A stretch of 64,000 nucleotides of DNA, taken from Squalus acanthias (lineage: Eukaryota). Shown piece after piece: positions 24,077 to 36,327 of this stretch. Position 1 is the first letter of the stretch; each line of letters opens with the position of its first letter. Location: NCBI GenBank assembly GCA_030390025.1, contig CM059432.1, positions 20,462,001-20,526,000 of the forward strand. Reading direction: 5' to 3'. The notes under the pieces are model-generated. The model saw nothing but the letters and a program-made list of their open reading frames with translations, ran no database searches and was not told the origin of the DNA. Both the position numbers and the translations under genes were made by a program.

Positions 24077-24158
24077 GAAGTCTTTGGACAGATGTAAGCA
24101 TAATGAACAGTGAGCGTCGTTCCTTCGCCACTGACCACAAAATCCGGGCCAATATGAT

Positions 24159-24900
24159 GGCCCAAAAATTTGTGTTGATACGCGAGAGTACGCACTGTGT
24201 ACTCTCGCGTATTCTGTCTCCAATTGCCGGTTTTCTGCATGCACTGCGCATGCGCTGAAAACCAGCACTTGGTGAATGGAAAAGGGGGCGGTTCCTAGGT
24301 GAACCGCGTGCGCGCTACAGGCTGCGCGCATGCAGTGCACTTAGTGGTTTCAACGCGCAGGTAAGTATGGAAGATATTACACATAAAAAAAGGAGGTGTA
24401 AGACCCACTTTTAACAAGGTAAGTAGTGAATTAAGTATTATTTTGAATTTTTTTTAACAGGTATATCTTTTTTAGAGACTTTAAAGACAGGTAAGTTTAT
24501 TTTTATAACTTTTTAAAAGATTTTAAATTTTTTCAAAAATTAATTTTTTATTTAAAATGGTTAATTTATTTAACTATACTTATTTTATTAATGTGATGGT
24601 TTTTTTTTAAATTTAATTGAGGTTTAGCTGTTCTTTTGGGGGGCTATAGTATTCATAGCTTTCACAGCACTTATGTGAAAGTTATGAATGGAAGATGGTG
24701 TGCTGCCATTGGCTCTAACTGAGTCACGTGATCCCACAGCTCGCACGAATTAACTGCGCCTGTGGGATACGCAAGCCCAGCACAGCAGCTGTCCAGAACA
24801 TCAAGTTCGTGCGAGCTGGAACTGAAAAAGCCAACGCGCAGTGAGAGATCGCGGGGAAGCCTTACCCTCGCACGAAGGCTTCCTCACGAATTTTTGGGCC
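24159..24900 (+). mobile_element. Harbinger-type MITE (hairpin family)
   Basis: TIR GGCCCAAAAATTTGTG/CACGAATTTTTGGGCC (15/16), GC-rich ends, AT-rich core, 14-bp subterminal hairpin. The TSD is not preserved. Confidence 0.85.
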
Positions 24901-25625
24901 TGTATCTTTTCGGTGGGGGAGGTTAGTGTTAATTGCAATATATCATTAGTTAGTGGAAATGGTGCTTTGATGCGTTAAATTTGGAGTGAAGAAAGAATTT
25001 TACTGTTCTGAAAGTGAGAAGAACATTTTCAAGTGCTATCAATGGAGATGACAACAGGTTTAAAAGGGTTTAGTTGAAACACAGGCTAGATACCAGTTTG
25101 ATTCAAAACCTGAATTCATTTATCCATATCTACCCACAATTAATTTGATAGTCCCCTTTAAACAACTGAAATTTAATTTTAAATACAATGAATTAAAGCA
25201 CATTTTATAATCATTTTTGATTAATTTGAGCCCTTTAGATGTATTTCTAGTGATGTCATTGATTTTATTTTGATGGTTACCAACATTACCAACACCTTGA
25301 TTCAGTTCTGAAAGGCATCGACAGCACTAAATAGGGTGAATAATAAATCTGGAATAATGGACGTGAGGGTATATTACAGACAAAGAAGTAGTATCAGGCT
25401 GGTTTAGATGTCATTCAAGCACATGTTTCCATGCTGTAAATTATTTTCCATTATTTGTTAATGTTAATGCACAAGCCAGTTTGAGTAGAAGGTCAATACC
25501 AATGAGGGTTCACAGTAATTTCTGTTCCATTAATCCACTTTCAATTAGGGTGATTGGAAGTTATAGTTGCACAGATCCAAACATGGTTGTAGCAATCCGT
25601 GTCTGTCTGTGGTTGCACTGATATT

Positions 25626-26391
25626 GGCACAGAAATTTGCCTCTCCGGCTTGCCGCGGGGGTAAGGATCGTGCGCGCACTTAACTACCGCGCCTGCCGTT
25701 GTGTTTTGGGCCCACGGGAACTTCAGCTCCTGGTCCTGCTCCAAGAGTCGGCGCGCAGTGCTTGCGTGTCCCAGGGGCGCAGTTAGTGCGATGCGTCCCC
25801 TGGGATCACATGGGCCATGGAGAGCCAATGGCAGCAGACCATCTTTCATTCATAGATTTGACAGGAAGAGCATGTCAAATCTGTGAATTGAAATCGGCCC
25901 CAAAAGAACAGCTAAACTTAAAATAATTTTTTTTAAAAACCATCACATTTATAAAATAACTATAGTTAAATAAATTAACCACTTTAAACAAAAATTAAAT
26001 TTTTGAAAAAATTTAAATACTTTTTAAAAGTGATAAAAATAAACTTACCTTTCTTTAAAGTATCTAAAAATGATAAACCTGTTGAATTTTTTTTTAAATT
26101 ATACTTAATTAACCACTTACCTTGTTGAAAACGGCTCCTGCGCCTCCTTTTTATAAGCGTAGGTTCTTCACTACTTACCCTCCCGTAGAAACCTGAAAAA
26201 AAATCTAAGTTCGCTGCGTGCGCGCAGCCTCTACCGCGCACGCGGTTCACCTAGGAACCGCCCCCTTCACCAGACCGGAAGTTCCGGTTTCCCGCGCATG
26301 CGCAGCGCATGCAGGAAACTGGCACTTTGGGACACATTATGGGTGAGTACACAGTGCGTACTCACCCGGCAAGGGCCTGAATTTTTGGCCC
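25626..26391 (-). mobile_element. Harbinger-type MITE, inverted relative of 24159-24900
   Basis: TSD ATT and imperfect TIR. 26200-26390 matches the reverse complement of 24159-24360. Confidence 0.85.
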
Positions 26392-27158
26392 ATTTACTTT
26401 TTTTCACTAACATTAGTGAAATCAAGGAAAATATACCTCCGAGTTTCTAAATTACAGGATAGAGGATTTAATTCCAGTGAGGAGCAATTGCTTTGTGTTC
26501 TGCATTTAAAACAGAAGGATCTTCCTTTCATGAATATATCCTCATCTGACTATGCTAATAGTGTACAAGATTTTGAAACATAACTTTCTTTTCTCTGAAT
26601 TCTAGTTATTTGTTTTTGATAGTTTTTTTTACAGAAGCTTTGCTGACTTTGTACGTTTTTTTTTCCAATTCTAATACGCTCTGCTTTTTTCTTTTGATAC
26701 ATAACTTTTTTAAATTTTGTGGCAAATTTAGTGCAAAGCGTGTGGTGGAGTGGTTTGCAAGTCGCTTTGCTTGTGCCAGGCACTCACAAATTCTAATTAT
26801 CGGCTTCCTGTTTTAAACTGAAAAATCTAAGCACAGGATCAAGGCTTGTAAGTGTTGGGCATTCCCCAATTTGAAAAAAAAATAGGAAGGAGGATGAGGT
26901 AAATCAATAAGAAATACATTTTGGGGAAAATCAAAAGATTAATTTCCAGAAATGTCTCAAAAAAGCAATGTTGTTCATATTTGAAGAAATATTTTAACTT
27001 TAGTTTTACATCATTATTATTTATTACTTATATTATCTGAGTTGGCTTTTAAAATCTTCAACTGGCCTGTTTCTCTGTGCCTCCCCCATTCTGTCTTCCA
27101 TTACTTACAGCAATAAAATGTGATCCCTCATTGGCTAAAAGGAGCTCCAAAAGTCATT

Positions 27159-27928
27159 GGGCCGGATATTCCGATCCCTACGGGTGTGTACGAGGTGCAT
27201 ACACACCCGTAGGGGCCTTGCAAGTGCTAGTTTCAGGCATGCAAAGCGCATGCGCTAAAACCCAGCACTTCCGATCTGTCAAGAATCCTCTTGACAGATC
27301 ATCCGCCTGCCCGGGAGAAGGGCCTCCGCGGGCAGGGAGTTCTGCTTTCTGCACAACCTCCGCCCGCTGAAAACCTTGAAAAAGCTTACGCCTGGTAAAA
27401 GCATGTGTAAGGCCTGCTTTTACCAGCATAAGAGTTTAAAAAAATTAAAAAAAAAAATTTTTTCACTCATTTATAATTTAAAAATACTTTTAAAAGAGGT
27501 AAGTTTATTTTTAGCCCCGTAAAAAACTTTAATTATTTTCTTCAAAAAAATAAATTTCTGTTTAAAATATTTAATTTAATGTAATTTTAACTAATTTTAA
27601 ATACGTGATTTAAAATGTTTTAATTTAATGTTTAACTGTGTTTTTAAATGTGATCCCCATTCATACTTTTGACAGATCTATGCGGAGAGACCTGTCAAAA
27701 GTGTGAAGGGGGATTCCCTTCTTTGATTGGTTCCCCATGACCCACGTGATCTCAGGGGTGTTTGTGAACCGCATGCGCCCCTGGGATACCTGGGCCTCTG
27801 CACGCGCGGACCAGGAGAGGCCCAGGCTCGGAAGAGTCGGGAGCTACAGAGCCAGCAGGTACGTTTGTAGATTTTTTCTGATCAGAGGCATCCGCATGCA
27901 GGAAGTCTCCGATCGGAAAATCCGGCCC
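27159..27928 (+). mobile_element. Harbinger-type MITE (hairpin family)
   Basis: TIR GGGCCGGATATTCCGATC/GATCGGAAAATCCGGCCC (17/18), TSD ATT, 15-bp subterminal hairpin. Confidence 0.9.
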
Positions 27929-27974
27929 ATTCTATTCAGCCAGTTAATTCGCGGGTCATTTGCAACCATCTGTA

Positions 27975-28230
27975 ACTTTTTATTTGTTCTCAGGATGTGG
28001 GAAATAATGGAAAGGCCGCATTTAATATCATCCATAGTTGCCCTGAGAAGATGGTGGTGGGTCTTCTCCTTGACGGCTGCAGTCCTTGTGGTGATGGTGC
28101 TCGCACAGTGCTGTTAGGTAGGCATTGGACCCAGTGACAATGAAGGAACAGTGATATATGTCCAAATCAGGATGGTGTGTACTAAAGGGGAACTTTGAGG
28201 TGCTGGTGTTCCAGTGACATTGCTGCTCTT
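27975..28230 (-). mobile_element. Decayed family-2 LINE 3' end
   Basis: Resembles 57870-58140 (GCCCTGAGAAGATGGTGG..GACCCAGTGACAATGAAGGAAC). Confidence 0.7.
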
Positions 28231-28875
28231 ATCCTTTTCTATGGTTTCAAATGCTTAATATCGGTGGTTGCAAGAGATTTAGTGCAGGTAAGCATGAATC
28301 GATCTTCCCTGTGGCTTGCCATTTCTACCTCTCCCCCCCACCTCCCCGCCCCCCCCTGCCTCGCCCCCTTTCTCATTCTACCTTTTTATTTTTGTCTTTC
28401 TATGCAATTCTACCCAATCTCAATGAAACGGATTTTGAAATCCATCCATGCGTGAAATCTGGAACTTGCGGCCTGTCAACATACGCGTTGACAAGCCATC
28501 CGCGCAGGTCACGAAAAAGCAATCGCTGGCGCAGAGTTGATTTGACCTTTGTACAGTACATCACTTTACAATCCTTTCCACTATTCTAAAATCTGTTCCT
28601 ACTAGACTACGAAACTAATTAGCTGCAGTTAATAGATTTGAATTGTTGAATTCTGCCTATTTTTCTCCCCCCTCCTCTCCCTCTGTGTTGTATAGGCCCG
28701 GTCCTGATGTGATATTAAGCTGATTAAAGGGGGCTTCTCAAGTTTGATTTTGCCAGTTTTATTGGCGGGTCACACCCAAAACTTATTTTGCCCTTTTTTG
28801 CATGCTGATGAAAATATTACACATTTGCATCATTTTTTTTAACTTCAGATATTTTGCATTTCTGAAAATGGTTTT

Positions 28876-30157
28876 ACGAAAGGGAAATCATGTTTAACAA
28901 ATTTGCTGGCGTTCTTTCAGGATGTAACAAGCAGGGTGGATAAGGGTGAGCCAGTGGATGTGGTATATTTGGATTTCCAGAAGGCATTCGATAAGGTGCC
29001 ACATAAAAGGTTACTGCATAAGATAAGGGCTCACGGAGTTGGGGGTAATATATTAGCATGGATAGAGAATTGGCCAACTAACAGAAAGCAGAGAGTCAGG
29101 ATAAATGGGTCATTTTCCGGTTGGCAAACGATAACTAGTGGGGTGCCACAGGGATCAGTGCGGGGGCCTCAACTATTTACAATCTACATTAATGACTTGG
29201 ATGAAGGGACCGAGTGTAATGTAGCCAAGTTTGCGGATGATACAAAGATGGGTGGGACAGCAAGTTGTGCAGAGGACTCAAAGAATCTGCAAAGGGATAT
29301 AGACAAGCTAAGTGAGTGGGTAAACATTTGGCAGATGGAGTCTAATGTGGGAAAGTGCGAGGTTATCCACTTTGGCAGGAAAAATAAAAAAGCAAATTAT
29401 TATTTAAATGGAGAGAGATTACAAAATGCTACAGTTCAGAGGGACCTGGGGGTCCTTGTGCATGAAACACAAAAAGTTAGCATGCAGGTGCTGCAAGTAA
29501 TCAAAAAGGCAAATGGTATGTTGGCCTTTCTTGCAAGTGGGTTGGAGTATAAAAGCAGGGAAGTCCTGCTACAACTGTACACGGTATTGGTGAGACCACA
29601 CCTTGAGTACTGCATACAGTTTTGGTCTCCTTATTTAAGGAAGGATATACTTGCATTGAGGCAGTTCAGAGACGATTCACACGGTTGATTCCTGAGATGA
29701 GGGGGTTGACTTATGAAGAAAGGTCGAGCAGGTTGGTCCTATACTCATTTGAATTTAGAAGAATGAGAGGTGATCTTATTGAAACATATAAGATACTGAG
29801 GCGGCTCGACAAGGTAGATGCAGAGAGGATGTTTCCCCTCGTGGGGAAATCTAGAACTCGGGGGCATAGTCTCAGAATAAAGGGTCGCCCTTTTAGAACT
29901 GAGATGAGGAGGAATTTCTTCTCTCAGTCGGTCGTAAATCTGTGGAATTCTCTGCCCCAGAGAGCCGTGGAGGCTGGGTCATCAAATACATTTAAGGTGG
30001 AGATAGACAGATTTTTACAAGATAAGGGAGTGAAGGGTTATGGGGAGCGGGCAGGGAAGTGGCTTTGAGCCCAAGATCAGCCATGATCTTATTGAATGGC
30101 GGAGCAGGCTCGAGGGGCCAAGTGGCCTATTCTTGCTCCTATTTCTTATGTTCTTAT
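28876..30157 (+). mobile_element. CR1 LINE 3' fragment (RT domain to tail)
   Basis: ORFs 28903-29688 and 29622-30068 are joined by a frameshift; FADD motif and TTCTTATG tail. Confidence 0.93.
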
Positions 30158-30571
30158 GATATTCACAGCTTGATCTTTCTGCTGAATCCACCTATCGAAG
30201 GATGGTATCATCCACATTCAATTTTGCACATTTTGCAAGATTTCTATAAACAAAGACCTCAAGCTTGAAGTTGAAGATGGTAACAATGATTTTTTGAAAG
30301 AGGATGGCTTCAGTGAGCATTGGCTTGCTGTGGATGGGAACATCAGGAGTTGAATCAATCTTGACTGTCCTTCCATATTTCACAACTGGTCATTTATAGA
30401 CAACCTCACCAATTTTATTGAAGTTCCCATTATAAAATTATTTTTCACTGAGCTTTAGGTTCTTGTGCAATCATTACAAGATCAGACAACTGATGTGTAG
30501 ACCTGGATATTCCTCAAACAGCATAACTGTCAAGTAATACCAAAATTTATGCCAACCTTCCTGTTGCTACC

Positions 30572-30808
30572 TTCTCAGGATTGCTACCAGTGCCACGTGC
30601 TAGTCAGAGTAGAAATAGAAGGATATTTCAGATGAATACATGGCTAGAGGAATGGTGCAAGGGGGAGGGATTCAAATTCCTGGGACATTGGAACCGGTTC
30701 TGTGGGAGGTGGGACCAGTACAAACTGGACGGTTTGCACCTGGGCAGGACCGGGACTGATGTCCTAGGGGGAGTGTTTGCTTGTGCTGTTGGGGAGGGTT
30801 TAAACTAA
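30572..30808 (+). pseudogene. CR1 ORF1 C-terminus (SGNH-esterase-like domain)
   Basis: LLPVPRA..MNTWLEEWCKGEGFKFL..DGLHL (DxxH motif). Confidence 0.85.
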
Positions 30809-33801
30809 AAGGGCAGGGGGATGGGAACCTGTGCAGGAAGACAGAAGAAAGGGAAGCAAGGATAGAAGCAAAAGACAGGAAGGAGAAAAGCAAAAGTGGC
30901 AGTCAGAGAAATCAAGGGTGTAAATCAAACATGGCCACAGTAAATAATAATTCTAAACGGTCTAAGAGTGTTAAAAAAACAAGCCTGAAGGCTTTGTGTC
31001 TTAATGCGAGGAGCATTCGTAATAAGGTGGATGAATTGGCTGCGCAAATAGATGTAAACGGATATGATATAATTGGGATTACGGAGACGTGGCTCCAAGG
31101 TGACCAAGGCTGGGAATTCAACATCCAGGGGTATTCAATATTCAGGAGGGACAGGCAAAAAGGAAAAGGAGGTGGGGTAGCATTGCTGGTTAAAGAGGAG
31201 ATTAACACAATAGTAAGGAAGGATATTAGCTCTGATGATGTGGAATCTGTATGGGTAGAGCTCAGAAATACCAAGGGGCAGAAAACGTCAGTGGGAGTTG
31301 TATACAGACCCCCAAACAGTAATGCTGAGGTTGGGGATGGCATTAAATGGGAAATTAGAGATGCGTGCAATAAGGGCACAGCAGTTATCATGGGTGACTT
31401 TAATCTACATATAGATTGGGCTAACCAAATTAGTAACAATACTGTGGAGGAGGAATTCCTAGAGTGTATACGGGATGGTTTCCTTGACCAATATGTCGAG
31501 GAACCAACTAGAGATCAGGCCATCTTAGACTGGGTATTATGTAATGAGAAAGGATTAATTAGCAATCTTGTTGTGCGAGGCCCCTTGGGGAGGAGCGATC
31601 AAAATATGATAGAATTCTTCATTAAGATGGAGAGTGAAGCAGTTGACTCAGAGACTAGGGTCCTGAATTTAAATAAAGGAAACTACGATGGTATGAGGCG
31701 CGAATTGGCTAGGATGGATTGGGGAACGTTACTTAAAGGGTTGATGGTGGATAGGCAATGGCAAACATTTAAAGATCGCATGGATGAACTACAGAATTTG
31801 TTCATCCCTGTTTGGCATAAAAATAAAACAAAAAAGGTGACTCAACCATGGCTGACAAGGGAAATTAGGGATAGCATAAGATCCAAGGAGAGGACATATA
31901 AATTGGCCAGAAAAAGCAGCAAACCTGAGGATTGGGAGCAGTTTAGGATTCAGCAAAGGAGGACAAAGGGATTAATTAAGAGGGGGAAAATAGAGTATGA
32001 GAGTAAGCTTGCAGGGAACATAAAAACTGACTGTAAAAGCTTCTATAGATATGTGAAGAGAAAAAGATTGGTGAAGTCAAGCGTAGGTCCCTTGCAGTCA
32101 GAATCAGGGGAATTTATAATGGGAAACAAAGAAATGGCAGACCAATTAAATACATACTTTGGTTCTGTCTTCACAAAGGAGGACACAAATAACCTCCCAG
32201 AGATGTCGGGGAACATAGGGTCTAATGAGAGGGAAGAACTGAATGAAATCAGTATTTGTAGGGAAATGGTGTTAGGGAAATTGACGGGATTGAAGGCCGA
32301 TAAATCCCCAGGGCCTGATAATCTACATCCTAGGGTACTTACGGAAGTGGCCCTAGAAATAGTAGATGCATTGCTGATCATCTTCCAACATTCCATAGAC
32401 TCTGGAACAGTTCCCATGGATTGGAGGGTAGCTAATGTAACCCCACTATTTAAAAAAGGTGGGAGAGAGAAAACGGGGAATTATAGACCGGTAAGCCTGA
32501 CATCGGTAGTGGGGAAAAAGCTAGAGTCCATTATAAAAGATGTAATAGCAGAGCACTTGGAAAACAGTGACAGGATCGGACAAAGTCAACATGGATTTAC
32601 AAAAGGTAAATCATGCCTGACTAATCTACTGGAATTTTTTGAGGATGTAACTGGTAGAATAGATAAGGGAGAACCAGTGGAGGTGGTGTATTTGGACTTT
32701 CAGAAGGCTTTCGATAAGGTCCCGCATAAGAGATTGGCATGCAAAGTTAAAGCACATGGGATTGGGGGTAAGGTACTGACTTGGATAGAGAACTGGTTGG
32801 CAGACAGGAAGCAAAGAGTTGGAATAAACGGATCTTTTTCCGAGTGGCAGGCAGTGACTAGTGGGGTACCGCAGGGATCGGTGCTAGGACCCCAGTTATT
32901 CACTATATATATTAATGATCTAGACGAGGGAATTAGATGTAATATCTCCAAGTTTGCAGACGACACAAAGCTGGGTGGGCGTGTGTGCTGTGAGGAGGAT
33001 GCAGAAAAACTCCAGTATGATTTGGACAAGTTGGGTGATTGGGCAGATGCATGGCAGATGCAGTATAATGTGGATAAATGCAAGATTATCCACTTTGGTG
33101 GCAAAAACAGGAAGGCAGATTATTATCTGAATGGCAATAGATTGGGAAAAGGGGAAGTGCAACGAGACCTAGGAGTCCTTGTGCACCAGTTGTTGAAGGT
33201 AAGCACGCAGATGCAGCAGGCGGTTAAGTAGGCAAATGGTATGTTGGCCTTCATAGCGAGAGGATTTGAGTACAGGAGCAAGGATGTCTTGCTGCAGTTG
33301 TACAGGGCCTTGGTGAGACCACACCTTGAGTATTGTGTGCAGTTTTGGTCACCTTATCTGAGGAAGGATGTTCTTGCCATGGAGGGAGTGCAGCGAAGAT
33401 TCACCAGACTGATACCTGGGATGGCAGGAATGACGTATGAAGAGAGATTGGGACGATTGGGCTTGTATTCGCTAGAGTTTAGAAGAATGGGAGGGGATCT
33501 CATTGAAACTTATAAAATTCTAACAGGACGAGACAGAATAGATGCAGGAAGGATGTTCCCGATGGCGGGGGAGTCCAGAACCAGGGGTCACAGTCTAAGG
33601 ATAAGGGGTAAGCCATTTAGGACTGAGATGAGGAGGAATTTCTTCACCCAGAGAGTGGTGAACCTGTGGAATTCTCTACCACAGAAGGCAGTTGAGGTCA
33701 ACTCATTAAATATATTCAAGAAGGAGTTAGATATATTTCTGAGGCTAAAGGGATCAAGGGATATGGGGAGAAAGCAGGGACAGGGTACTGAATTTGGATG
33801 A
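30781..33801 (+). pseudogene. CR1 ORF2 (APE endonuclease + reverse transcriptase)
   Basis: [36 protein letters not shown] and FADD motifs. One in-frame TAG at 33229-33231 and a late frameshift near 33740. Confidence 0.93.
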
Positions 33802-33920
33802 TCAGCCATGATCTCATTAAATGGCGGAGCAGGCTCGAGGGGCCGAATGGCCTACTCCTGCTCCTATCTTCTATGTTTCTATGTTGGCTACTTAAACTGA
33901 AGTTTCCTGAGAATCCCAGT

Positions 33921-34297
33921 TGGCCAGAATCTACTGTCAAAATAATGGTGAGGTTAACGGCGTTCACTGTCATTAATGTACAAAGCGCACAGCAACTTCA
34001 GGCGAGTGCAGATGCATAGTTAAACACGAAAATCCAGAAGTTGCTGTCCGAGATGCGCTGCTCCATCGATAACTTCACGAAAACAACACCTCACTGCCTG
34101 ATTCACCATTCAACTGCATTGAATAGCGTGAAGTTCCTGTACTTGCATGGTAGATGCAAACTAAACTCGCCATAGTAAGTTAGGGCTTGTCCATTTCAGT
34201 CAAGGTACCATTGTTAACGGTGTGATCAGTCTTAATCACTCCCAAATGAGGACAAGTCTAAAGAACAACGGGCGCCAGCTACAGTAAATTCTGGCCC
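33921..34297. mobile_element. Short Harbinger-type MITE related to the 15891 and 63003 family
   Basis: TIR (T)GGCCAGAATCTACTG/CAGTAAATTCTGGCCC; shares the CAGCAACTTC..AAATCCAGAAGTTG block. Confidence 0.8.
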
Positions 34298-35484
34298 ATT
34301 AGCATACGCCCAAGGAAAGCATGGAACTTGCACCATATTCCTTCTTTTATGTTTGAAGATTAAAAGTTTGAAGCCATCAAACCATCCGTTATTCACATTA
34401 GGCACACATGTTTAAGAAAATGCAATCATGGAAGCTGTTCAAATTTTAATATAACTCATTCTGATTTCGTAAAAATGCATTCAAAGATCCAGAAAAAAAG
34501 ACCGTAGGTCTCAGTGAGGAGAAATAAAAAAATAATTTCTTAGAAAATCATCATAAAACATAAAAAATATGACTTTAGCTACTGCTGCGCCTAAAACCTT
34601 AGGTGTAAGTTTATGCCCATTTAGTGGAGCTATGTTAATGAGCAGCAGAGGGTTTCAGCATGGGTTTCATTGAATCGGCGCAAAAGATCAAGGAAATTCA
34701 AGCATAGTGTCAAAAAATGTCCTCAATCTTTTTGCACCAAAAATCGGCATTGTGGCGTACTTATGCCATTGTTTCAGCGTAATTATTCATCAGGAAATTT
34801 CGGACCTAACTGTTTGGGTACAAGATGTACGATAGTGGTTTGAGTAGACTCAGATTCCTTTTCCCTTTGTTTCTATGGGAAAGTCCATTCCGACTCTCAG
34901 CACGTTCTCTTGATGTCTTGGTTGAGAATGAGAAAATGTTGTTAAGTAGGTGCAAATATGAACCTGTTTCTCACAACTGGATGGTTAACACACCAACATA
35001 CTACATCATTGGGCTACTATCAACAACATATTTTAACTGAGGTGACATAACACTTAACCTTTCATGGAAATGTGTTGATGTTAAGATAGCACAAAGGAAA
35101 TATACTTATTAACATAATTCCCACGTACTGACAATAATTAAGCAAGCAATAATTAGCTACAAACATATTAATATCTTACACAAAGCAAAGTGTAAAATGT
35201 TGGACAATGTAATCATCTTGGAAGGTTGATAAAGGATATAAGAAAACACGGAATGAGAAAAGGTCCATTGCTCATTGTTTCTAATAGACGACTTGCTAAC
35301 ATGGACTCTGCAGAACTTATATAATCTCCTGAGGAAGAAACAGAGCAAGACTTTAAAGTACAGTTACTTTTGTGATGGCGGAAAACACATTAGACTCGAG
35401 AAACATTAATACGATGAATGGCCAATTAATCTGTTTTTAGTGGCGTTGTTTCAGAAAGTAACATTGGCTCGGACTGTGGGAGAA

Positions 35485-35850
35485 TCATAGAGTTTCACAG
35501 CACAGAAGGAAGCCATTTGCCCTTTTATGCCTGTGCCTGCTCTTTTCTACAGCAGTCCAAAACTAATTGCACTGTCGTGCTCTTTGCCGTAGCCCTGTAT
35601 CTTCCGCATATCTGCTTTGCCCTCGAAGGATACAATGGTCTCTGTAAAACACGCTCTCACAATCCTCTGCATAAAGACATTTCTCCGAACCTGTCTCCTC
35701 ATTCTCATAATGAAAATTAGAAATTGATGACCATTTGTCACTGAATTCCCAACCAGAGGAAATCGTTTTTTCTTGTTCACCCTGTTTAAAATGCTTCAAA
35801 CTTTTAAGAACCTCGATTAAATTTCCTGTTATCCTTCTCTGTTCTTGTGG
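35485..35850 (-). mobile_element. Decayed CR1 3' end
   Basis: RFPLVGNSVTNGHQF..VRRNVFMQRIV remnants. Confidence 0.7.
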
Positions 35851-35889
35851 AAATAGTCTCAGGATCTCAAGTATCTCCTTTTAATGAGA

Positions 35890-36030
35890 AAAGACAGGTT
35901 GTGACATTTCAAGTGTGTTCCCTTCATCAGTCTGATGAAGGGTTGCACACCCGAAATGCCATAGCCTGTTTCTTCTCATTACAGATACCGACTGATCTAC
36001 TGTGTATTTTCAGCATTTTCTGTTCTCATA
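35890..36030. mobile_element. Degenerate Penelope-derived palindrome with a hammerhead-like core
   Basis: CCCTTCATCAG-T-CTGATGAAGGG symmetry centre and CTGATGA..GAAA core. The tail resembles 11670-11735. Confidence 0.65.
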
Positions 36031-36327
36031 CCACATTTGTAGATTTTCCTCTTTATTCTTCTCTCCTTTTAACTGTGGTTTCACAGCTCTGTTATTATCC
36101 TGGCGATTCTACACTGTATGCTTTCTATGGCTTTAATATCCTTTCTATAATGGGGCACCTAAAACTGCGTACTGCGCAAACTGTGGACTAACCATCGCTT
36201 TCTACAATTGTATCATTATGTCTTTTTTCTTGTACCCTGTTATCAAAACCCAAAATACGATTGCTATTTTTTATGGCTTTACCTATTTGCAATCAGACTT
36301 TCAGGGAATAATGTACTTGCATCCATG

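Larger units (their letters stand above)
15891..24150. mobile_element. ~770-bp Harbinger-type MITE split by nested insertions
   Basis: Perfect 13-bp TIR GGCCCGGATTTTG/CAAAATCCGGGCC, flanks CAT/AAT. Pieces 15891-16441, 21250-21398 and 24080-24150 rejoin colinearly with the uninterrupted relative at 63003-63755. Confidence 0.85.
30572..33884 (+). mobile_element. Near-intact 5'-truncated CR1 (HER1-like) LINE
   Basis: Contains the end of ORF1, the whole of ORF2, the 3' UTR and a TTTCTATG-type tail. Confidence 0.95.

Noticed and set aside
22913..24340. 100-180 aa ORFs in GC-rich DNA
   Set aside because: They fall in MITE and transposon-end sequence, several cross element boundaries, and none has a recognisable domain.
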